Positions 1 through 11,431 of a stretch of DNA of 64,000 nt are shown here, piece by piece. The notes under the pieces are model-generated. The model saw only the letters and a program-made list of their open reading frames with translations, made no database searches and was not told where the DNA came from. This stretch comes from a virus (taxonomy: Duplodnaviria > Heunggongvirae > Uroviricota > Caudoviricetes > Schitoviridae). The position numbers were made by a program, and so were the translations under genes. The number at the start of each line of letters is the position of its first letter. Within the stretch, counting starts at the first letter, position 1. Location: the IMG/VR virus record IMGVR_UViG_2974569618_000001, positions 11,930 through 75,929 of that record; one strand, 5' to 3'.

Positions 1-1647
1 CAGACCGGAACTCAGGAAGTGGAAGTTGATCAGGTACTGGAAAACCGCCCAACGGTTGACTTCCTGAACCCGGAAAACGTTTACATTGATCCATCCTGTA
101 ACGGTGATTTGGATAAGGCTCTGTTTGCAGTGATCAGCTTTGAAACCAATCAGGCTGAACTGAAAAAAGAACCAAAGCGTTACAAGAATCTGGACAAGGT
201 TGACTGGAAAGGTAATGGCCCAGCCACTAAACCGGATCATGCAACTACCACACCACAGACGTTTGAGTATCAGGACGAACTTCGCCGTAAAGTCGTAGCC
301 TATGAGTATTGGGGCTTTTATGACATTGATGGTGACGGTCGTCTGCAACCTATCGTTGCAACGTGGATTGGTGACACCCTGATTCGAATGGAGATGAACC
401 CATTCCCAGACAGCAAACTTCCTTTTGTTCTGGTTCCATATCTACCAGTTAAACGTGATCTGTTTGGTGAGCCAGATGCAGAACTGCTCGAAGATAACCA
501 GAAGATCCTCGGTGCATTAACCCGTGGAATGGTGGACTTGCTCGGTCGTTCAGCAAATAGTCAGCGTGGTTTTGCTAAAGGTATGCTTGATCCTCTGAAC
601 CGCCGTCGATACGACAACGGGGAAGACTATGAGTACAACCCTAACAGCAATCCACAACAGCAGATCATTGAGCACACTTACCCAGAGTTGCCTCAGTCTG
701 CAATGCTGATGTTGAACTTGCAGAACAATGAAGCTGAATCACTTACTGGTGTTAAAGCCTTTGCTGGTGGTGTATCTGGTGATGCTTATGGCGATGTAGC
801 TGCTGGTATCCGTGGTGTTCTGGATGCAGCAAGTAAACGTGAAATGGCTATTCTTCGTCGTCTGGCAAAAGGCATGACAGAGATCGGTAACAAGATCATT
901 GCCATGAATGCCGTATTCCTGTCAGAAGAAGAAGTGGTGCGTGTTACTAACTCTGAGTTTGTCACTGTTCGTCGTGAAGACTTAGCGGGTAACTTCGATC
1001 TGGAAGTAGACATTGCAACAGCAGAAGTCGATAACCAGAAGTCTCAGGATCTGGCATTCATGTTGCAGACTATTGGGCCAAACATTGACCCACAGATCAG
1101 CATGAAAATTCTGTCTGAGATTGCCAAGCTGAAACGTATGCCTGAACTGGCTCATACTCTGGCAACCTTCAAGCCACAGCCTGATCCATTCCAAGAGCAG
1201 ATGAAGCAACTGGAACTCCAGAACAAACAGTTGGAGAACCAGAAACTGCAATCTGACATTGAACTGAATCACGCTAAAGCACAGGAAGCTATGGCTAACC
1301 GTGATCAGAAGAACCTCGACTTTGTGGAACAGGAAACGGGTACTAAACATGCTCGTGACATGGAGAAGCAAACTGCACAGGCTCAAGGGAACCAAGCACT
1401 GGAAGTTACTAAAGCTCTGCTCAAACCGACTAAGAATGCTAACGGCTCTGAGTCCAAACCGGACGTTCCAGCAGCAGTTGGATTCAATGCTCTTAGTCAT
1501 AACTTGAATAGTGCTGGACAGACGGCAGTGCCTGACTCTACTATGCAGCGAGATAATCAGTCAGGTGTAAATCCTCAGTTATCATTGGGGTCTAAATACT
1601 TCGATCCTTCACAGGATCCGGCCCTGAACCCAAACCTCAACATTTAA
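1..1647 (+). CDS. Portal protein, 5'-truncated by the window edge (N4 gp59-like)
   Basis: ORF is open to position 1 in frame. Size and position two genes upstream of the capsid gene fit N4 late-operon synteny. Confidence 0.55.
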   Translation, partial: QTGTQEVEVDQVLENRPTVDFLNPENVYIDPSCNGDLDKALFAVISFETNQAELKKEPKRYKNLDKVDWKGNGPATKPDHATTTPQTFEYQDELRRKVVAYEYWGFYDIDGDGRLQPIVATWIGDTLIRMEMNPFPDSKLPFVLVPYLPVKRDLFGEPDAELLEDNQKILGALTRGMVDLLGRSANSQRGFAKGMLDPLNRRRYDNGEDYEYNPNSNPQQQIIEHTYPELPQSAMLMLNLQNNEAESLTGVKAFAGGVSGDAYGDVAAGIRGVLDAASKREMAILRRLAKGMTEIGNKIIAMNAVFLSEEEVVRVTNSEFVTVRREDLAGNFDLEVDIATAEVDNQKSQDLAFMLQTIGPNIDPQISMKILSEIAKLKRMPELAHTLATFKPQPDPFQEQMKQLELQNKQLENQKLQSDIELNHAKAQEAMANRDQKNLDFVEQETGTKHARDMEKQTAQAQGNQALEVTKALLKPTKNANGSESKPDVPAAVGFNALSHNLNSAGQTAVPDSTMQRDNQSGVNPQLSLGSKYFDPSQDPALNPNLNI

Positions 1648-1657
1648 GGTAGAAACA

Positions 1658-1990
1658 ATGTCCGTATTTGCTCTCGAACAGCAACTGAACAAGTCTAAGC
1701 AAGCCATCGATCTTCGGAACTTAGCCCTCAAACTGTCAGAGAATGCCGAATTCAAAAAAGTCATTCTGGATGAGTTCTGTGTTAAAGAGTGTGCTCGTTA
1801 TGCACAGCTTTCCGCAGATCCAACACTGTCAGCCGAAGACCGTGCCAATTCACTGGCATTGGCTCAAGCAGCAGGTCATCTCAAGCGTTACCTTTCTGTA
1901 CTGGTTCGCATGGGTGATGTAGCTGAAAGTGATCTGGTAAATCTCCAAGAACAGATTGAATTGGCCCGTGCGGAAGAGGGAGCTGAGTAA
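1658..1990 (+). CDS. Hypothetical head-assembly protein (110 aa)
   Basis: RBS AAGGTAG before ATG. Sits between the portal and scaffold-like genes. Confidence 0.5.
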   Translation: MSVFALEQQLNKSKQAIDLRNLALKLSENAEFKKVILDEFCVKECARYAQLSADPTLSAEDRANSLALAQAAGHLKRYLSVLVRMGDVAESDLVNLQEQIELARAEEGAE

Positions 1991-3237
1991 TGACCAAGCC
2001 GACTGAGCAAACCACTCAGTCGGACAACCCACTGGGTATGTCCGACGATGAAATCATGAACATGAATTCACCTTCCCAGCTTATTAAAGCCCCGGAAAGT
2101 GAACCACCAGTCAATAGTGAAGAACCTCCAGTTAACACCGAAGAAGAAACTGCCACTACTCAAAAGCCAGAAGTTGAGGAAGAAGAGTCTACTTCTACTG
2201 GTAAAGTAGAAGAAAATAGCGATAATAGTGACAACACTTCGGTCAACACTGATGAGACTGACCCGGCAAAGACTGCAAGTAAGACTGATACCTCTTCGAC
2301 GGAAGAGACTAATCAGAGTACCCAGTCGAAAGATGGTAAGGCGAAACCGGAAGGTGAGAAGCCAGCATCTGGGGAAAAGCCAGAAGAGTCGAACTCAATT
2401 GATTACGAGTCATTTTACAAAGCTGTGATGAAGCCTATTAAGGCGAATGGCAAAACCGTGGAGATTCGTACTCCAGAAGAAGCCGTTCAACTTATGCAAA
2501 TGGGCGCTAATTACACCCGTAAAATGCAAGACATTGCTCCGCATCGTAAGACCCTGTTGATGCTGGAGAACAATGGGCTACTGGATCAGGACAAACTGGC
2601 TTTTCTAATTGACTTAGACAAGAAGAACCCTGATGCAATTAAAAAGCTCATTCGTGAATCCGGCATCGATCCAATGGACTTCGATCCGAACGAGCAACTG
2701 AATTACCAAAAAGGCAATCACGCTGTCAGCGATGAAGAGGCGAATTTCCGTAGCATTCTGGACGATGTAAAATCCACCCCGGAAGGTATGGAAACTCTGC
2801 GTACCATTAATGATTCGTGGGATCAGGCCAGTAAGGAATATGTATGGGCGAACCCAGACGTTATTTCCGTCATCAACGAGCAGCGTAATAACGGCATTTA
2901 TGACCGTATCGCAAGCGAAGTTGAACGCCAACGTACACTGGGTAAGATCCCAAGTAATGTTTCGTTCTTGCAGGCGTATAAGGTAGTTGGTGATGCAATG
3001 CAGGCACAGAATGCATTTGCTGATCTTGCTTCTGCTGGTTCCGAACCTGTTCAGCCACAAGCTAAACAGCCAATCGCTACCAAAGCAGCAGCACCTAAGC
3101 CACAAGTAACAAATAGTGAGAAGGCAAATGCTGCATCGCAGCCTCGCCATACCTCAACGCAGAAAGCGTCACGGACTAAGAACCCGCTTGAACTGAGCGA
3201 TGAAGAGTTCATGAAGCAGTTTGAAAATCGCCTTTAA
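1990..3237 (+). CDS. Acidic low-complexity protein, possible scaffolding protein
   Basis: Start overlaps the upstream stop as TAATG, with RBS GAGGGAG. Glu/Thr/Ser-rich N-terminal half. Lies upstream of the capsid gene. Confidence 0.4.
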   Translation: MTKPTEQTTQSDNPLGMSDDEIMNMNSPSQLIKAPESEPPVNSEEPPVNTEEETATTQKPEVEEEESTSTGKVEENSDNSDNTSVNTDETDPAKTASKTDTSSTEETNQSTQSKDGKAKPEGEKPASGEKPEESNSIDYESFYKAVMKPIKANGKTVEIRTPEEAVQLMQMGANYTRKMQDIAPHRKTLLMLENNGLLDQDKLAFLIDLDKKNPDAIKKLIRESGIDPMDFDPNEQLNYQKGNHAVSDEEANFRSILDDVKSTPEGMETLRTINDSWDQASKEYVWANPDVISVINEQRNNGIYDRIASEVERQRTLGKIPSNVSFLQAYKVVGDAMQAQNAFADLASAGSEPVQPQAKQPIATKAAAPKPQVTNSEKANAASQPRHTSTQKASRTKNPLELSDEEFMKQFENRL

Positions 3238-3249
3238 GGAAAACTTTAA

Positions 3250-4479
3250 ATGTTGAATTACAACGCCCCTATTGATGGACAAAAATCTACCATCGACGGT
3301 GACGGCTCTGACCAGATGAATACGTTCTTCTGGCTCAAGAAGGCGATCATCACCGCTCGTAAAGAGCAGTTCTTTATGCCGTTGGCGAACGTCACCAACA
3401 TGCCAAAGAACTACGGTAAAACCATTCGTGTGTACGAATATGTGCCACTTCTGGACGACCGTAACATCAACGATCAGGGTATCGATGCTAACGGTGTTAC
3501 CATTGCTAATGGCAACCTGTACGGTTCAAGCAAAGACGTTGGTACTATCACCAACAAACTGCCTACTCTGACCGAGAATGGCGGTCGTGTTAACCGTGTC
3601 GGCTTCACCCGTATTCGTCGTGAAGGTTCGATTCACAAGTTTGGTTTCTTCCATGAGTTCACTCAGGAGTCTATGGACTTCGATTCTGATGACACTCTGA
3701 TGGATAACCTGTCTCGTGAACTGATGAACGGTGCTGTCCAACTGACCGAAGCTGTACTGCAACGTGATCTGCTGGCTGCTGCTGGTGTGGTTCTGTATGC
3801 AGGTGCTGCTACCTCTGATGCAACCATCACTGGTGAAGAGACTGCTGCTGCTGGTGGCAACCCAGCAATCCCAGCGTCTGTTGTGAGTTATCGCAACCTG
3901 ATGCGTCTGGATCAGATCCTGACCGACAACCGTACTCCGACTTCCACCACTATCATCACTGGTTCTCGTCTGATCGATACCAAAGTGATCGGTGCTACTC
4001 GTGTAATGTACGTTGGTTCTGAACTGGTTCCACTGCTGAAAGGCATGACTGACCTGTTCGGTAACAAAGCGTTCATCGAGATCCAGCACTACGGTGATGC
4101 GGGTACAATCATGAACGGCGAAATCGGTTCTATCGATAAGTTCCGTATCATCCAAGTGCCAGAAATGCTGCACTGGGCTGGTGCTGGTGCTGCCGTAACT
4201 GCGAATCCGGGCTACCGTACTTCTACCGTCAATGGTGCAGAGCACTATGACGTTTACCCAATGCTGGTTATCGGTGATGACTCGTTCACCACTATCGGTT
4301 TCCAGACCAATGGTAAGACTGTGAACTTCACCGTCATGACCAAAATGCCGGGTAAAGAAACTGCTGACCGTAACGATCCATACGGTGAGACTGGTTTCAG
4401 TTCAATCAAGTGGTACTACGGTATCCTGATTAAACGCTCTGAGCGTATCGGTCTGATCAAGACTGTTGCACCAATCTAA
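3250..4479 (+). CDS. Major capsid protein (N4 gp56-like)
   Basis: 409 aa with RBS AAGGAAA. Position after the portal and scaffold-like genes and a terminator downstream are typical of a highly expressed capsid gene. Confidence 0.55.
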   Translation: MLNYNAPIDGQKSTIDGDGSDQMNTFFWLKKAIITARKEQFFMPLANVTNMPKNYGKTIRVYEYVPLLDDRNINDQGIDANGVTIANGNLYGSSKDVGTITNKLPTLTENGGRVNRVGFTRIRREGSIHKFGFFHEFTQESMDFDSDDTLMDNLSRELMNGAVQLTEAVLQRDLLAAAGVVLYAGAATSDATITGEETAAAGGNPAIPASVVSYRNLMRLDQILTDNRTPTSTTIITGSRLIDTKVIGATRVMYVGSELVPLLKGMTDLFGNKAFIEIQHYGDAGTIMNGEIGSIDKFRIIQVPEMLHWAGAGAAVTANPGYRTSTVNGAEHYDVYPMLVIGDDSFTTIGFQTNGKTVNFTVMTKMPGKETADRNDPYGETGFSSIKWYYGILIKRSERIGLIKTVAPI

Positions 4480-4486
4480 GTAATGT

Positions 4487-4514
4487 GGGAGGCTTCGGCC
4501 TCCCCTCTTTTCTC
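4487..4514 (+). terminator. Rho-independent terminator after the capsid gene
   Basis: GGGAGGC-ttcg-GCCTCCC hairpin followed by CTCTTTTCTC. Confidence 0.5.
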
Positions 4515-4534
4515 AAGAAACAAAGGACAAGCCA

Positions 4535-5146
4535 ATGAGCACCCTTCAAAACCAGAACACCGGTCATGACGAAGCAGTACAAATGAACCCAGAAGATGAA
4601 CGCCAAGCACTGATGGCTCGTGCTCGTATGATGGGCATCGAATTCAGTAACAACATCGGCACTGACACTCTGCGTCAACGCATCAATGACAAGATGGAAG
4701 GTAAGCCGGAAGTAGCTCCAGAAGCTGCACAAACAGTTAACCCTCTTGCTGATCCTGCTCCACAGAAGGTTCGTACCCTTCGCCAGATGCAGCATGATGA
4801 GCAAATGAAGCTGGTACGCATCCGTATCCAGTGTCTGGATCCAAAGAAGAAAGACCTTCCCGGTGAAATCCTCACTGTTGCCAATGAGTTTTTAGGCACT
4901 GTGAAGAAGTACGTCCCATACGGCGAACACACCGAAGATGGTTATCATGTGCCGTACTGCATCTACCGTTTGCTGGACAGTCGTAAGTTCCTGAACATCC
5001 GTACTGTGAAAGATCGCCGTACTGGTATTGAACGTGTAGAATCAACGTGGGCCAAAGAGTTCGCTATCGAAGTTCTGCCGCAGTTAACTGCACAGCAGAT
5101 CAAAGATCTGGCGACAGCCCAAACCGCAGCGGGCAGCTTGAACTAA
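4535..5146 (+). CDS. Hypothetical virion protein (203 aa)
   Basis: RBS AAGGA. Lies in the structural operon. Confidence 0.5.
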   Translation: MSTLQNQNTGHDEAVQMNPEDERQALMARARMMGIEFSNNIGTDTLRQRINDKMEGKPEVAPEAAQTVNPLADPAPQKVRTLRQMQHDEQMKLVRIRIQCLDPKKKDLPGEILTVANEFLGTVKKYVPYGEHTEDGYHVPYCIYRLLDSRKFLNIRTVKDRRTGIERVESTWAKEFAIEVLPQLTAQQIKDLATAQTAAGSLN

Positions 5147-5165
5147 ATCAATTCGATTTGAACAA

Positions 5166-5189
5166 CGGCCCTTAATTGGGCCGTTTTTA
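5166..5189 (+). terminator. Rho-independent terminator
   Basis: CGGCCC-ttaatt-GGGCCG hairpin plus TTTTT. Confidence 0.5.
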
Positions 5190-5202
5190 TATGGGTGACT
5201 CA

Positions 5203-6171
5203 ATGAGCACATATCAATTAGAGACAGAAGCTAACAGTGTATTTGATGCACTGATGGCAGGTGTTGAGTTCAATATCCCTGATATTGACTTGTCTGGCCC
5301 TGAGTACAATTTGCCTGATGGGGCAGATGGTGAACTGTATAAGCAGATCTCCAAGCTGACTGATGCTGATCTGAGTACCACGTTTAATGACCTGATGAGG
5401 TCGATGAAAACTCTGTTACAGGGTGAGTACGAGACAGGTCGTATCACAGGTGCTGAATATACCAAAGCCTACGTTGCTCTGGTTGGTGGTACTTTGCAGA
5501 ATGCTACCCAATTCCTTCTGGGTCGTGATGCTGCATTCTGGCAGGCACAACAGGCTCAGATTGCTGCTATTACTGCACGAGTTCAACTGCAAACCTCTAA
5601 GGTGCAACTGGCCTCTGTACAGTTGGAAGCTCAGACTGCTAAAGCTCAGTACGCTCTGGCTAAGTCCAAGCTGGCAACCGAGTCTGTAAACTACGGTATC
5701 GCTACCTTCAATCTGTCTCAGTTAATGCCATTGCAGAAAGCTGGTGCTGGATTGCAGAACGATATGCTGACTCAGCAGATCAAGACTGAGGGTGTCAACT
5801 ACAGCGTTGCTGCCTATAACCTGTCCTCTATTCTGCCTGCTCAGTTCACTAAGTTGCAGAACGAGAACACCATGATCTCTCACCAGACCAAACTGGTTGA
5901 TGAGCAAATGGAAACAGCCCGTGCTCAGACACTCGATACTCGTACCGATGGTCAGGTCGTTGCTGGTTCTACTGGTCAGCAGAAACTGCTCTACAAACAG
6001 CAGATTGTTAGCTACCAGCGTCAGTCTGAGGTGAATGCTGCCAAGCTGTTTACTGATGCATGGATTACGCAGAAGACAATTGACGAAGGTCTGACTCCAC
6101 CAGAGAACTTTGCCAATGCGTCTGTGAATACCATTTTGGGTACACTGAAAACAAACAACAGTCTGGGATAA
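5203..6171 (+). CDS. Virion protein with a Q/A-rich coiled-coil-like region
   Basis: The track start at 5176 is a TTG inside the terminator hairpin. ATG at 5203 preceded by GGGTGA is the likely start. Confidence 0.5.
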   Translation: MSTYQLETEANSVFDALMAGVEFNIPDIDLSGPEYNLPDGADGELYKQISKLTDADLSTTFNDLMRSMKTLLQGEYETGRITGAEYTKAYVALVGGTLQNATQFLLGRDAAFWQAQQAQIAAITARVQLQTSKVQLASVQLEAQTAKAQYALAKSKLATESVNYGIATFNLSQLMPLQKAGAGLQNDMLTQQIKTEGVNYSVAAYNLSSILPAQFTKLQNENTMISHQTKLVDEQMETARAQTLDTRTDGQVVAGSTGQQKLLYKQQIVSYQRQSEVNAAKLFTDAWITQKTIDEGLTPPENFANASVNTILGTLKTNNSLG

Positions 6172-6175
6172 GAAA

Positions 6176-8854
6176 ATGGGTTTCAGCCTCAAAGCCAAGA
6201 AGAAGATCTATGTTTCCTCTGTCGTCTACAACCTTGCAGGCGATGAGGAAAAACGCCCCAATTACCTGAAATCAACGGTGATGGGTAAGATCATTGCTGA
6301 TACAAATCCAAGCCAGTCGATGGCTAATGCGATCCAAAACAGCTATATCACTGGGCCGGGGCTGAGACTTCGCTCTTTTATCAAGTGGGCTGATACGTCA
6401 GGCTACGATGATCTGTTGGGCATTCAACCTGCTACTATTTATTTGGGTGACAGTATTGATGCTTCGGCATTAGCAGCACAGATCCCCCATGACAGTAACT
6501 ACACTGTGAATATTCTGGATTCAGAATCTGGTGTGGCTGACTGGACATGGTGGGCTGACCAGTACATGTTCAAGAACCATTTGGATCTTGTGAATACTGA
6601 CTGGGTAGCAGACTTTAAAGATGACACACAGCAACTTGTCATCACGTTCGCTGATGGTACTAAAGAGTCATTTACTCCAGAGAATTACCATCCGGGAGCC
6701 AACTATATCTATGCCTTGTACTCACTGACTCAGGGCAATACACCCGGTGAAGTTGTGCCGGGTAATCCTGTTCTCATTGGTTCTGATGAGCCATTCCCGT
6801 CTACTACTGGATGGGATACCAACAGCTATTCAGCCAAGAACACTGACGTTACTCTCAATAAAAAAGTAACTGTGGTGAAGTCGTATTCAGATGGTCGTCC
6901 TGACGAAACATCTACGGGTACTTCCACATCGACAGATACTTATCTCAAGATCGATGGGGAATATGAAAAGACTGAATTTGCTGGTCGTGTTGATACTGCT
7001 GACGGTCAACAGATCCATAACACACGGTCAGTCATGCACCAGAACCAAGCTGGAGTTATTACAGACGCCGAGCCTGTTGTTGATACCCAAACCGAGGAAG
7101 TTGATGGAGTAACCGTTACTACCACGACAACCACTGAGCAGCAGGTACTGAAAGTACAGCGTTCGTATCAGGTCGATACTCAGGACATTATCACTTCTGC
7201 TTTCTATGGTTCTCAGGTTTTCCTGTATCAGTTCGGTACGGGTAACTCTGTACTCGATGGGATGTTCTCACCAACTGAGTCGAGCAACATGTTTGCCCCA
7301 TTCATTCCGGTGCGAATTGACAACGATATGATTACGGATAACCGCTTTGCTGATTACTTTCCTATGGTTCAGAAAGCCTATAAGAAAGCGACTAATGCCA
7401 AGTTCGATAAGATCATTGAGAAAGTGAAAGACAACAAAAGTCTGGGCGATATTGACTATGCCTATGTCGTCTTTGGCACCTCACTCAATGTGAAGGAAGA
7501 TGCCTGCCGTAAGTACATGTACAAGTTCTTCCAGACCATGTTACAGACTTCTACTGGTGTCACTACAGCTTATGGTGAGTACAAGACTCAGATGGCTAAG
7601 GCCACTGCTTCTGTTGATGCATGGAATGTCTGGCTTGCTGCACAGAATGATCCAAGCAACTCACTTTATGGCACACCTGAACCAACGAGGATTCCATACC
7701 CTACTCTGCCTGTCAGTTCGATCCAGATAAAAGGAAATAGTCTGATGAACTACAACATGACTATTTCATGGTCGGCTATGGCTGAGACAATTGGCACAGG
7801 TATGCATGATGCCAACCACAAAGTGGGCGATTGCTGGTTTGTCATTAACGCTGACGATGAGTACACCCAAAGCATTTACACAGGTGGTGGTGAAGCTCCA
7901 GAGACTACATTCTCTGTGGATCACGTTACCCTGTACTGGCAGGAAACAAAGAACCGTTGGCGTGCAATGAACATCTGGGGTCTGTATCACAACAACAAAA
8001 TTTACGGTGGTAAATCTGTTGGGATCTCCGCTAAAGATGCTCTGAATGATAGTGAAGAATCTGGCTTTATCATCCCGATAAACCGTGATATTTACTCAGC
8101 TATCTCGTTGGTGGATGCAACTCAAATGTCCACTGCCTGCATGTTCATGGTGTTCAACTGCTACAAAGTAGTAAAACAGAAATGGTATCAGACCGGATTT
8201 TTCAAAGTGGTTCTGGTCATTGTCATTATCATCATCTCGATCTATACCGGGGGTGCAGCAGCAGGTTTACTGGGTACGGCTGCATCTGTTGGTGCTGCCG
8301 TTGGTTTAACGGGTATTGCTGCCATCATTGTTGGTACGATTACTAATGCCTTAGCTGCCATGATCCTGATGAAGCTGATCGGTGTTGTTGCAGTAAAAGC
8401 CTTTGGTGAAAAGGTTGGTGTCATGGTTGGTGCAATCGCAGCCGTTATTGCTGTTGCCGTTGGTTCCAGCCTGTCATCTGGTGGCACAGTATCGGCTGGC
8501 TTTAGCTCAATGACTAATGCCGATAACCTTATGAAACTTACTGTTGCAGCAGGTAATGGTTACTCAGAATACATGCAGGCTGCCGTACAGCAGACAGTTG
8601 CTGAGACACAATCGGTACTCGACAAGTATAATGAGCAATCGAAGCAGATCGCACAGCAGTATTCTGATCTGGTCGGTACTGACCGTGGGGTCATTGATCC
8701 AACGTCATTAACTAACGCTACGCAACATATCTATGAGAATATGGACTCCTTCATTAGCCGTACATTGATGACAGGTGCTGATATTGCTGACCTGTCAATC
8801 TCAATGCTGGAGAACTTCGTCGATATGACGACAAGCGTAGATCTGACGATTTAA
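6176..8854 (+). CDS. Large virion protein (892 aa) with C-terminal Gly/Ala-rich transmembrane segments; candidate ejection or channel protein
   Basis: RBS GGGATAAG. The C-terminal roughly 130 aa form several hydrophobic GxxxG/A-rich helices. Confidence 0.55.
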   Translation: MGFSLKAKKKIYVSSVVYNLAGDEEKRPNYLKSTVMGKIIADTNPSQSMANAIQNSYITGPGLRLRSFIKWADTSGYDDLLGIQPATIYLGDSIDASALAAQIPHDSNYTVNILDSESGVADWTWWADQYMFKNHLDLVNTDWVADFKDDTQQLVITFADGTKESFTPENYHPGANYIYALYSLTQGNTPGEVVPGNPVLIGSDEPFPSTTGWDTNSYSAKNTDVTLNKKVTVVKSYSDGRPDETSTGTSTSTDTYLKIDGEYEKTEFAGRVDTADGQQIHNTRSVMHQNQAGVITDAEPVVDTQTEEVDGVTVTTTTTTEQQVLKVQRSYQVDTQDIITSAFYGSQVFLYQFGTGNSVLDGMFSPTESSNMFAPFIPVRIDNDMITDNRFADYFPMVQKAYKKATNAKFDKIIEKVKDNKSLGDIDYAYVVFGTSLNVKEDACRKYMYKFFQTMLQTSTGVTTAYGEYKTQMAKATASVDAWNVWLAAQNDPSNSLYGTPEPTRIPYPTLPVSSIQIKGNSLMNYNMTISWSAMAETIGTGMHDANHKVGDCWFVINADDEYTQSIYTGGGEAPETTFSVDHVTLYWQETKNRWRAMNIWGLYHNNKIYGGKSVGISAKDALNDSEESGFIIPINRDIYSAISLVDATQMSTACMFMVFNCYKVVKQKWYQTGFFKVVLVIVIIIISIYTGGAAAGLLGTAASVGAAVGLTGIAAIIVGTITNALAAMILMKLIGVVAVKAFGEKVGVMVGAIAAVIAVAVGSSLSSGGTVSAGFSSMTNADNLMKLTVAAGNGYSEYMQAAVQQTVAETQSVLDKYNEQSKQIAQQYSDLVGTDRGVIDPTSLTNATQHIYENMDSFISRTLMTGADIADLSISMLENFVDMTTSVDLTI

Positions 8855-8865
8855 GAGGTAAAACA

Positions 8866-9333
8866 ATGGCTGGGTACAATCTCGATGCTTTTAATGGTGT
8901 CGGTAGTGGTAACAATTTTGGAAGCCTGTCATCTTACGGTGCTGGCTCCCTTGCTCAAGATAACCCGTTTGGTTTGCAAAATTACGGCTTCTCAAACAGT
9001 GCTCAGAATTTGGGCAACCAGTTTGATGCTCTGAAAGCAAATCAGGGTACTATCGGATCAGCACAAAATACGCTGGGTGCAAACATTCCCACATTCCAAC
9101 TGGGTCTGGCTGGTGTTGGTGCATTGGGTAACTTGTGGGGTGCATTTCAGTCCAACAAGCTGGCTAATGACCAGTTCAACTATACCAAGCAGATTACAGA
9201 CACGAACCTTGCGAACCAGATCAAGACATATAACACTGCCTTGTCTGACCGAGCAAATGCCCGTGGTGCAATGGAAGGTTGGACTGACCAGCAGAAACAG
9301 GATTACGTTTCCAAAAATCAGCTTTCTAAATAA
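8866..9333 (+). CDS. Gly/Asn/Gln-rich small virion protein (155 aa)
   Basis: RBS AGAGG. Lies in the structural operon. Confidence 0.5.
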   Translation: MAGYNLDAFNGVGSGNNFGSLSSYGAGSLAQDNPFGLQNYGFSNSAQNLGNQFDALKANQGTIGSAQNTLGANIPTFQLGLAGVGALGNLWGAFQSNKLANDQFNYTKQITDTNLANQIKTYNTALSDRANARGAMEGWTDQQKQDYVSKNQLSK

Positions 9334-9342
9334 GGGAAAACG

Positions 9343-11334
9343 ATGGCCCAGCTAACGTGGCGTAACGTTGATGCCCCTAATCTGTCTTCTGGATCCAATG
9401 GGGTTCGTAACACTGTTGACTTGTTCAGCAATGCTGCGAATATGCTCTCACAGGGTTTGGCTGGCTTTGGTCAGGCACAGACAGAACAGGCAAACAATGC
9501 TGCTTTGCAAAATGCAATGCAGATCCAAGATGCAAGTGCTTACCAAAATGCTCTGGCAAATGGGTCACTGTTTCAGGGCATCGATGCAAGCAAGATTGAT
9601 CCCCGTACTCTGGCTGCTTTGCAGAATCGTACTGGTGATTTGCTGAATAACGCATCTGCCCAACAGACTCTGGACTTTAAGCAATACGGTCTGGATCGAA
9701 CCAAACAACAGGATGCAAATACCGATGCTGCTGCTCCAATCATGGAACAGATCCAACGGGCTTATGCGTCTGGTAATACTGCTCTGGCAGAACAATTGCA
9801 GGCTCAGAATCAGGGTGTTCTCGGCAAGCTAACTCCTGATCAACAGAACGCCTTGCTGCGTAATGGTCAGAGTTTCAATGCCAACAATACTGCCAATGAT
9901 CAGGCTGCATGGAACTTCGGTAATGCTCAGACTGACCGTGGTGAAAGTCGTGCTGTAACGGCTGCTTTGGCTCGTGTTAACGATCCTAACAACCTTACTG
10001 CTGATGATCGTCAGGCTGCAATGTTCCGTGAATTGCAGAACCTGAATCCTAATGAACGGGCTGCTTTCCAGCGTCAGATGGGTAGTGCTCTTTCTGGATC
10101 TGCTGGTGCAACGGGTGGTGGTGCTGCTTCACTGATGACAGGTGGTGCTCAGTTGCCAGCCAGCGTCAACACAGTAGGCGATTTTGTTGATAACAAATCT
10201 TCTCTGCTGTCTGGCAATGGTGGTAAAGGCACAGCTACTGGTCTGTGGCAGATTACCTCTGACACGTATAAACAGTTTGCACAGCAAGCACTGGGTGACA
10301 ACTGGCGTGATGCAAATATCCGTGATCCAGAAGTGCAGAACAAAGTGGGTGAAGCAATCTGGAACTCAGTGAAAGATAACCCGACTGGTATTGCTGGTCG
10401 TTGGGCTTCACTGACTCCTGCTGATGCTCAGGCCATGAAAGGCAAAAGCTGGAATGATGTTCGTGACACCATTTCTCAGCGTGAGTCTGGGGCAACTATT
10501 GCTCAGATCCAGAATCAGCTTACTACCGATGCTAACGTTGCTCGTCGTGTTAGTTCTGGTCAACAGGCTGAAACTGCTGCCTTGAGTGCGAACTCTGTTA
10601 ATCCTGCTCGTTGGCTCAGTGCTGTTAATGACCGTAATGATCAGAGTCAGGTTTCTGCTGCTATTGCTAATGACCCAGCATTCAAAGGTGTTGGTCAGGA
10701 TGAAGTAGCACGTAACATTGATATGATTCGGTCTATGCCCGGTGGTAAAGATCTGACTCAGGCACAGGCTGGTGAAATTTATCAGCGTAGCCGTCACTCT
10801 GGTGGTGGCCTCTGGGATCGTACTGGTCGAAGCATTCAGAATGCTGTTGGTCTGGGCAACCCGACTGATGGTGCTGGCATGATCTTTGATAAAGACGTAG
10901 CCGAGCAACTGGTTAAGCAGGCCAGCAATGGTCAGGTTAACTCTGGTATTCAGAACGAAGTTGACCGTAATCAGTCTGCTCAGATGCTGGCAACGGCTGT
11001 ACAGAGTCAGCAGCAGGCAGGTGCTGTATTGCAGCAGGCTATTCGCCAGCAGCAGAATGGTGCAAATATTCCCCCTGCTCAGATGGCTCGTTATCAGGCA
11101 CAGCTTGATAAAGCTACTGCTCAGGTGAATGCACTGAATCAGCAAATGGCTACTGCTCCCGGATCTCAGCCAGCAGGTTGGAGTGCTCCACCTACACCAG
11201 CCCCAGTTGAGACAAAGGCACAACCTCAGCCAAGTCGAGCGATTCCACTTGTGGATCAGCAAACGGCTCCGGCTCAGGGTAAATCCTTTACTCAGCAATA
11301 TATTGAGAACTTCCGTGGTGCTCGCCCTTCTTAA
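9343..11334 (+). CDS. Q/A-rich virion protein (663 aa) with a weak lytic-transglycosylase-like motif (GLWQI)
   Basis: RBS AAGGG. GLWQITSDTY resembles the SLT GLMQ motif, but no clear catalytic ES pair is present. Confidence 0.45.
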   Translation: MAQLTWRNVDAPNLSSGSNGVRNTVDLFSNAANMLSQGLAGFGQAQTEQANNAALQNAMQIQDASAYQNALANGSLFQGIDASKIDPRTLAALQNRTGDLLNNASAQQTLDFKQYGLDRTKQQDANTDAAAPIMEQIQRAYASGNTALAEQLQAQNQGVLGKLTPDQQNALLRNGQSFNANNTANDQAAWNFGNAQTDRGESRAVTAALARVNDPNNLTADDRQAAMFRELQNLNPNERAAFQRQMGSALSGSAGATGGGAASLMTGGAQLPASVNTVGDFVDNKSSLLSGNGGKGTATGLWQITSDTYKQFAQQALGDNWRDANIRDPEVQNKVGEAIWNSVKDNPTGIAGRWASLTPADAQAMKGKSWNDVRDTISQRESGATIAQIQNQLTTDANVARRVSSGQQAETAALSANSVNPARWLSAVNDRNDQSQVSAAIANDPAFKGVGQDEVARNIDMIRSMPGGKDLTQAQAGEIYQRSRHSGGGLWDRTGRSIQNAVGLGNPTDGAGMIFDKDVAEQLVKQASNGQVNSGIQNEVDRNQSAQMLATAVQSQQQAGAVLQQAIRQQQNGANIPPAQMARYQAQLDKATAQVNALNQQMATAPGSQPAGWSAPPTPAPVETKAQPQPSRAIPLVDQQTAPAQGKSFTQQYIENFRGARPS

Positions 11335-11359
11335 CTGGTTCGCACTGGATTAAACTAAA

Positions 11360-11388
11360 CCCGGACATAACTTGTCCGGGTTTTTTTA
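11360..11388 (+). terminator. Rho-independent terminator upstream of the vRNAP gene
   Basis: CCCGGACA-taact-TGTCCGGG hairpin plus TTTTTTT. Confidence 0.6.
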
Positions 11389-11431
11389 TGTGGTAAAGTA
11401 GCCCTCAAATATATCTCGAAAAGGATACCTA

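Noticed and set aside
786-1507. Minus- and plus-strand ORFs of 68-172 aa inside the portal gene (786-1013, 982-1500, 1301-1507)
   Set aside because: They are antisense or out of frame to a long, well-supported gene, have low-complexity Leu/Ser/Cys-rich translations and no RBS. They are random ORFs.
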